Below are positions 59,467 to 64,000 of a stretch of DNA of 64,000 nt, one piece after another. The stretch is from an uncultured Erysipelotrichaceae bacterium (GTDB taxonomy: Bacteria > Bacillota_I > Bacilli_A > Erysipelotrichales > Erysipelotrichaceae), in contig CAYJJS010000004.1 of the NCBI GenBank assembly GCA_964370645.1, positions 6,613-70,612 on the forward strand, in the 5' to 3' direction. The notes beneath the pieces were generated by a model, which had not been told where the DNA came from, did no database searches, and was given only the letters and a program-made list of their open reading frames with translations. The first letter of the stretch is position 1, and every line of letters starts with the position of its first letter. The position numbers were made by a program, and so were the translations under genes.

Positions 59467-60930
59467 TCAATACCCTCTTTGTTTTAGTTGTGTTCGTATG
59501 AAATGATATACCAAATACGTTGCATAGGTATCCATAGCACAATATGCTAATAATTGTTTTATGGTTTGGGTATCGTCTTCACTCACATTTTCCATCATTC
59601 GATACTTTCTTACAGCTTCTAACCCATGTGTAATATCCAAGTCTTCATAGTTATAATCCGTAAAAATAGATACTATTTTCTTTAGTGAATACATCCCTTC
59701 CATACGTACATCATAAATCAATCCACTCGCGAACGGAATCGCAATATCGATCATACGTTTCCATATGTGTTGTAACGCATCAGCATAGGATGGAAATTGT
59801 TTTGCGAGTTGAGTAAGGCGTAGCTTTTCTCCCCCTTCCACATTAAAACAAACTATGCTTTTTGTATCTTTTAAATCGTCTAATAAAGATTGAATAAAGG
59901 CTTCCCTACAATCCTTTTTACCCAAATATTCACGATGTTCCAAACGTCCATCTTCATATTCAATATGCAAAGAATATTGAAATGTTAATACATCATAAGG
60001 CTTCATACCATCAAAAGGAGGGAATGCATACGTTTCCCACTCAAAATCTAAATACGCAATTGGATATTGTACATCACCTAAGAACATATCAATTGCACTT
60101 GCATCGAAAAACATTTGTTTACTCGTTGCTGCAATATATTGTGCATATTGATGTCTAGTTCCCTCAATTGCTGCAAAATCCAAATCCTCAATATAGCGAA
60201 TTCCACTCTCATACATATCGAATTTATGTTTACTAGAAATTAGGTTTAAGATAGAAGTTGGTTCCTCTTTTATATGAAAACATAAATTAAAATAAGGACA
60301 CTTCCCCCTTCTAGTACATACATTCGTTCTTTTCTTACTTATTTCTGGCTCTATCTTCAATATGTTCATATGCTGTAATGTGTTGCTCAAATCTCTTGTA
60401 TATCGTTGTAATAGACATGAAATCTTTTGGCCTACTTTATTCTTATCACTATAAAAAGAATCATTAATAATCAATAACGCATCCACATCATACTCACCCT
60501 GTCTTACATATTGTGAATTTAAATGTATTGCATACACTTCTTTGATTTCTATTTGTAATGCATTACACACCCATAATGCATCAGCAATACTTTGTGCTTC
60601 TCCCTCTTTCGGATAACACGAAGGATATAAAAAATAAGCGATATATGCAGTATCTTGCTTTATTAATATTGGAATACGAACATGTAGATTTTGATGTTGT
60701 AAAGATACCTTTACAAAGACATCATAATCCTTCATTGCTTCAAAAAAAACACTATTATCATGTACATGACTTCCTCTAAAATAATTAGAGATACGTAATT
60801 TTTCTAAACTTAAATCATATATATTTTCATTATAATATATAAATGGTAAATATGGTTGGGGTTTACGCAAGCTCCACCACAACATTTTTTCACATCGATC
60901 ATACTGTTTTACATCTTTAATTTGCCACAT
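59467..60930 (-). CDS. DUF2779-family protein (PD-(D/E)XK-like N-terminus plus RNase H-like C-terminus)
   Basis: N-terminal C..LWW motif and a central YLDFEWE...FQYSLH block. The start is set to MWQIKDV, which has an AAGAGG RBS. Confidence 0.55.
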   Translation of the reverse strand: MWQIKDVKQYDRCEKMLWWSLRKPQPYLPFIYYNENIYDLSLEKLRISNYFRGSHVHDNSVFFEAMKDYDVFVKVSLQHQNLHVRIPILIKQDTAYIAYFLYPSCYPKEGEAQSIADALWVCNALQIEIKEVYAIHLNSQYVRQGEYDVDALLIINDSFYSDKNKVGQKISCLLQRYTRDLSNTLQHMNILKIEPEISKKRTNVCTRRGKCPYFNLCFHIKEEPTSILNLISSKHKFDMYESGIRYIEDLDFAAIEGTRHQYAQYIAATSKQMFFDASAIDMFLGDVQYPIAYLDFEWETYAFPPFDGMKPYDVLTFQYSLHIEYEDGRLEHREYLGKKDCREAFIQSLLDDLKDTKSIVCFNVEGGEKLRLTQLAKQFPSYADALQHIWKRMIDIAIPFASGLIYDVRMEGMYSLKKIVSIFTDYNYEDLDITHGLEAVRKYRMMENVSEDDTQTIKQLLAYCAMDTYATYLVYHFIRTQLKQRGY

Positions 60931-61019
60931 ACATAACCTCTTCTTGGCTACCATTATAGCACACATCAATTATGAAAGGAAAACAATATCGTAATAAAAA
61001 ACCTCAGTTTCCACCAAGG

Positions 61020-61235
61020 TTAATTGTACTCTTTTTGCAAAGATGCTGTTTGTATTTGTTGCATTTGTTGCATATCTTCATTCATTGTTTCTATGATTGT
61101 TTGTTGTTTATCTAATACATTTGTATAGAAATGATCTTGTGCAAAGTTTCCTCCAAGTGAGATAATTGCTAATGCACTCACAAATAATATATAACAGTTT
61201 TTTACATTTACTTTTCTTTTTTTAATCGTTTTCAT
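61020..61235 (-). CDS. 71-aa single-pass membrane protein, divergent from a LexA-like repressor
   Basis: Basic N-terminus, one TM segment (YILFVSALAIISLGG) and a Gln-rich tail. Confidence 0.5.
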   Translation of the reverse strand: MKTIKKRKVNVKNCYILFVSALAIISLGGNFAQDHFYTNVLDKQQTIIETMNEDMQQMQQIQTASLQKEYN

Positions 61236-61250
61236 ACAAGTTCTCCTTTT

Positions 61251-61326
61251 GTTGAATATTTGTCTACACCCATATAGTACATTTTTGTAGAATATTTGTC
61301 AACAATTTGTTGAATTTTTGTCTACA
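61251..61326. repeat. Three 18-bp direct repeats (GTTGAATATTTGTCTACA / GTAGAATATTTGTCAACA / GTTGAATTTTTGTCTACA) in the divergent promoter region
   Basis: Located at 61251-61268, 61287-61304 and 61309-61326. Repeats 2 and 3 create the palindrome TCAACAA-T-TTGTTGA. Confidence 0.8.
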
Positions 61327-61338
61327 AACCTATATAAT
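61310..61338 (+). promoter_or_regulatory. Promoter of the LexA-like gene (TTGAAT-17-TATAAT), with the -35 inside repeat 3
   Basis: Hexamers and spacing read directly from the sequence. Confidence 0.55.
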
Positions 61339-61362
61339 GTACATAAGAAATGGAGTGATATT

Positions 61363-61992
61363 ATGAGTATTGGAAATCGAATCCGTTTACGTAGAGAGTC
61401 TTTAGGACTATCTCAAGACGAATTAGCGAAGCGCTTAGGTTACAAATCTAGATCTTCTGTAAATAAGATTGAAATTGAAGATCGTGCTATCCCACAAAAT
61501 AAAATTAAGCAAATTGCTGAGATTTTAGAAACAACAACGGATTATATTATGGGATGGGAACAACCACCTATACCTATGGTAAATGAATTTCATGAGATTC
61601 CTATCTATGATGCACTTTCTTGTGGTATTGGAGGTGTTGTGGAAGAGTATGCGCAAGAACACTTTGTACTTCCTCTATCTATGTTAAAAACAAATAAAGA
61701 GTACTTTGCCAATTATGCAAATGGAGATAGCATGATTGAAGAAGCGATCTTCGATCAAGACTTATTAATTTTTGAAAAAACACAAGTGTTACGCAATGGA
61801 GATATTGGTAGTTTCATTATTGATGATGAAGCAGCTACTTGTAAAACCTACTATCGTGATGCGAAAAGTGGAGAAATTCAATTGCTTCCTGCAAACTCAA
61901 ATTATGAACCCATTATCATTCATCCCCAAAATACTTCTTTTCGTATTTTAGGAAAACTTGCATTAACAATTCGTAATCATCAAAGGAGCTAA
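61363..61992 (+). CDS. XRE-HTH plus S24 peptidase repressor (LexA/CI-like)
   Basis: HTH (LGLSQDELAKRLGYKSRSSVNKIE), a candidate Cys-Gly cleavage site (LSCGIG), GDSM Ser and CKT Lys. The start is set to the MSIGNRIR ATG at 61363. Confidence 0.8.
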   Translation: MSIGNRIRLRRESLGLSQDELAKRLGYKSRSSVNKIEIEDRAIPQNKIKQIAEILETTTDYIMGWEQPPIPMVNEFHEIPIYDALSCGIGGVVEEYAQEHFVLPLSMLKTNKEYFANYANGDSMIEEAIFDQDLLIFEKTQVLRNGDIGSFIIDDEAATCKTYYRDAKSGEIQLLPANSNYEPIIIHPQNTSFRILGKLALTIRNHQRS

Positions 61993-62954
61993 GCTCCTTT
62001 TTTCGTATATACTTGCATCATTTTCACTAATTCATTTTGCAACTCTTCTCTTATATCAATTGGAGCAATCACTTCACACTCACTTTGTAAAGACATTAAG
62101 AAAGATAATAGCTGCGCTCTTCCCTCATATAAGAAGCGAATATGTAATTGTCCATTTTCATAATGTTTATATAATACATATTCCGTTATATTTTCATCCA
62201 ATAATTTTGCTTGTACACCTGTTACGCGTATCTCAACTTCGATACGTTCTTTCATCAAAGAGGATTTCCCAACGTGTTCACTCACCTTAAAATCATAATC
62301 ACGAGCAAAGGTTTTTGATAATATACGAACCTCTGACATTCGATTTTCTATAATTTTAAAATGCTTAAACAAGTAAGACTGTGGATCACTCACATCATAT
62401 CCCAATAGATAAACACCACTCTTATTCACTAACACTTCATAAGGATGTACTACCTTTTGTTTTACATGCTCACTTTGTAAAGAAGTATATGCAAAGCTAA
62501 TACATTGCATATTATTTTTTGCTTGATAAATCGTATCCACCATCTTTTTAACACTATCGCTCATCCCACTATTTTGACTGCTAAAATACACTGTATCTTT
62601 AGAATTATCCACTTGTTTATTTCTTGCTTGCAACTTCATCATGGCTTGTTCAAACATAGGATAGTGAATAAACTCTTTTTGTAAAGATAAGTAGTTTACA
62701 CTATTCTCAATGGCTTCATACTCCTCTTTGCTAAGTTGTAGTGAAGGAAACAGTACCTGTTCATTCAATACATATCCACCATATTTACCTCGTGTAGAAT
62801 CAATCATATACCCTGCTGTTTCAATCTCTTTTTTAAACTCTAATACATTTCTTGGATTACTCTCCAACATTTGTGCAAGTTCATATCGATTAATTGGTTT
62901 TTTTCTTCCAGCTAATATTTGTAACATTTTTATAACTAACGCACTTCGATTCAT
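61989..62954 (-). CDS. HTH plus WYL-domain transcriptional regulator
   Basis: N-terminal HTH_11-like segment (INRYELAQMLESNPRNVLEFKKEIETAGY) and a central WYL-type block (HPYEVLVNKSGVYLLGYD...FKHFKIIENRM). Confidence 0.75.
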   Translation of the reverse strand: MNRSALVIKMLQILAGRKKPINRYELAQMLESNPRNVLEFKKEIETAGYMIDSTRGKYGGYVLNEQVLFPSLQLSKEEYEAIENSVNYLSLQKEFIHYPMFEQAMMKLQARNKQVDNSKDTVYFSSQNSGMSDSVKKMVDTIYQAKNNMQCISFAYTSLQSEHVKQKVVHPYEVLVNKSGVYLLGYDVSDPQSYLFKHFKIIENRMSEVRILSKTFARDYDFKVSEHVGKSSLMKERIEVEIRVTGVQAKLLDENITEYVLYKHYENGQLHIRFLYEGRAQLLSFLMSLQSECEVIAPIDIREELQNELVKMMQVYTKKGA

Positions 62955-63113
62955 CTTAACCTCCTCATATAACCACTCCTTCCTTGGTTATATCTTACTA
63001 TTAATTGTAACATTATTTATGTAACTTAAGAAGTTATTAATTCACGTATTGTTCACAAATTATTCCTTTTACTATCACATTGTAAAGATATACTATATAC
63101 AAGGAGGCACAAT

Positions 63114-63542
63114 ATGAAACATGGACTTAGCTTGCTCAATAATATGTGTTTTGTTACCCTTAATATAATAAATACTAACACAGTGCTCTTTCTATGTTTT
63201 TGTCTTGTATGCCTGCTTATACAAGTAACTTTCTCCTTTAAAGAAATACAAACCCTTTATAAAAAATGGTTACTTACAACTTGTAATAAACATGAAGAAT
63301 ACGTCTTATATTATTTATGCATCAATATTCTACTCATGACTTTATGTTTACTTACAAATCTATTCTACTTTTATTCTTATACGATTAACCCATTCTCCCA
63401 AATGTCTTCCCTATGGTTAATCACTTCGACGCTTTGCTTCAATATATACCTGTTTATAACAGTTCTTTCCCTAGTATATATTGTACTAAGATTCGGTTTT
63501 AAAAAAATAAAAAGTAGTATAAACGCAATAAAGCACAAGTGA
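63114..63542 (+). CDS. Hypothetical 4-TM membrane protein
   Basis: 142-aa hydrophobic ORF with an AAGGAGG RBS. Divergent from the WYL regulator gene. Confidence 0.5.
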   Translation: MKHGLSLLNNMCFVTLNIINTNTVLFLCFCLVCLLIQVTFSFKEIQTLYKKWLLTTCNKHEEYVLYYLCINILLMTLCLLTNLFYFYSYTINPFSQMSSLWLITSTLCFNIYLFITVLSLVYIVLRFGFKKIKSSINAIKHK

Positions 63543-63556
63543 AATTCACTTGTGCT

Positions 63557-64000
63557 TTATTGCATTTTATATTGTGTAAAACTTTTTTCTAATGATTCAA
63601 ATTGTGTTTCGCCATCATACATCATAATAAAATTACCATTCACAAGTGCGTTATAATTTTTTAACTCACCATTTTGCTCTGCACTCAATGTCCCATCACT
63701 TTCAGCTTCTTGTAGTACTTGTTGCATCGCTTCATCACTTGGATCTAAATGATATAAATAGATGTATTCATTTTCATACATAAAAGAATACCCTTCTTTT
63801 GCTGCAAAGTTAATTTCCTCAATGATTGTTTTTTCTGCATAAGGAATTTGCTGTGCATCGAAATGTACAAACATATTTTCTAATGAATCATTACTATCAA
63901 CGACCTCTTCTTTTTCTGTCTCTTCTACTTGTGTATCTTGATTTTCTTCTTCACGCATAAACATGCTACATCCACTTAAACAAACAACACAAAATAATAA
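63557..64000 (-). CDS. Lipoprotein, with the N-terminus off the right edge
   Basis: The reading frame continues upstream of the track Met as ...LLFCVVCLSGCSMFMREE, giving an LSGC lipobox. The mature N-terminus is acidic. Confidence 0.55.
   Translation of the reverse strand, partial: LLFCVVCLSGCSMFMREEENQDTQVEETEKEEVVDSNDSLENMFVHFDAQQIPYAEKTIIEEINFAAKEGYSFMYENEYIYLYHLDPSDEAMQQVLQEAESDGTLSAEQNGELKNYNALVNGNFIMMYDGETQFESLEKSFTQYKMQ

Noticed and set aside
59399-59542. 48-codon N-terminal extension of the SleC-like ORF (track start 59542)
   Set aside because: It overlaps the 3' end of the DUF2779 gene and has no RBS. The ATG at 59398 follows AGGGGGGA.
1-64000. Search for rRNA, tRNA, CRISPR arrays, IS elements/transposases and prophage structural genes
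   Set aside because: No cloverleaf-like or rRNA-like conserved stretches were seen. There are no regularly spaced repeat/spacer arrays and no DDE/HUH transposase-like ORFs. The only recombinase is the serine recombinase at 53617..55221.

Overview
Low-GC Firmicute chromosomal segment from a probable spore-former (CotF-like and SleC-like genes). It carries about 75 genes, almost all on the minus strand. No rRNA, tRNA, CRISPR array or transposase was seen.

Core blocks:
- Sucrose regulon: scrR, scrA, scrB, scrK.
- copZ-like, asnS, rex.
- tsaD-rimI-tsaB-tsaE, femX-like, DUF402/Ntdp.
- Uracil permease, ftsA-ftsZ, rpmB.
- The Bacillus-type run thiN-rpe-rsgA-prkC-prpC-rlmN-rsmB-priA.
- A TPP-riboswitch-controlled ykoFEDC-type ECF thiamine/HMP transporter, and hpf.

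Accessory material:
- GT2, a beta-lactamase-like hydrolase and an ABC-F protein.
- An HdiR/LexA-like repressor, Y-family polymerase and 83-aa ORF cassette.
- marR-MATE-GNAT.
- Two paralogous Fe-S aldo/keto reductases.
- A marR-uvrA-paralogue cassette bracketed by 47-bp direct repeats.
- A decayed hipA-like gene, a DUF2779 gene, a second LexA-like repressor and a WYL regulator.

Main finding: a SleC-like spore cortex-lytic enzyme gene (5' part 58217..59398, 3' part 52707..53593, minus strand) is interrupted in frame by a 4646-bp element (53594..58239). A large serine recombinase gene ends 23 bp from one junction. Joining the halves at a shared CATG restores a 681-aa ORF, and the restored junction reproduces a peptidoglycan-binding repeat found intact elsewhere in the same protein. 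This matches the architecture of skin/SPbeta-type sporulation gene-intervening elements, here in a germination lytic enzyme gene. The element also carries a secreted amidase-like cargo module.
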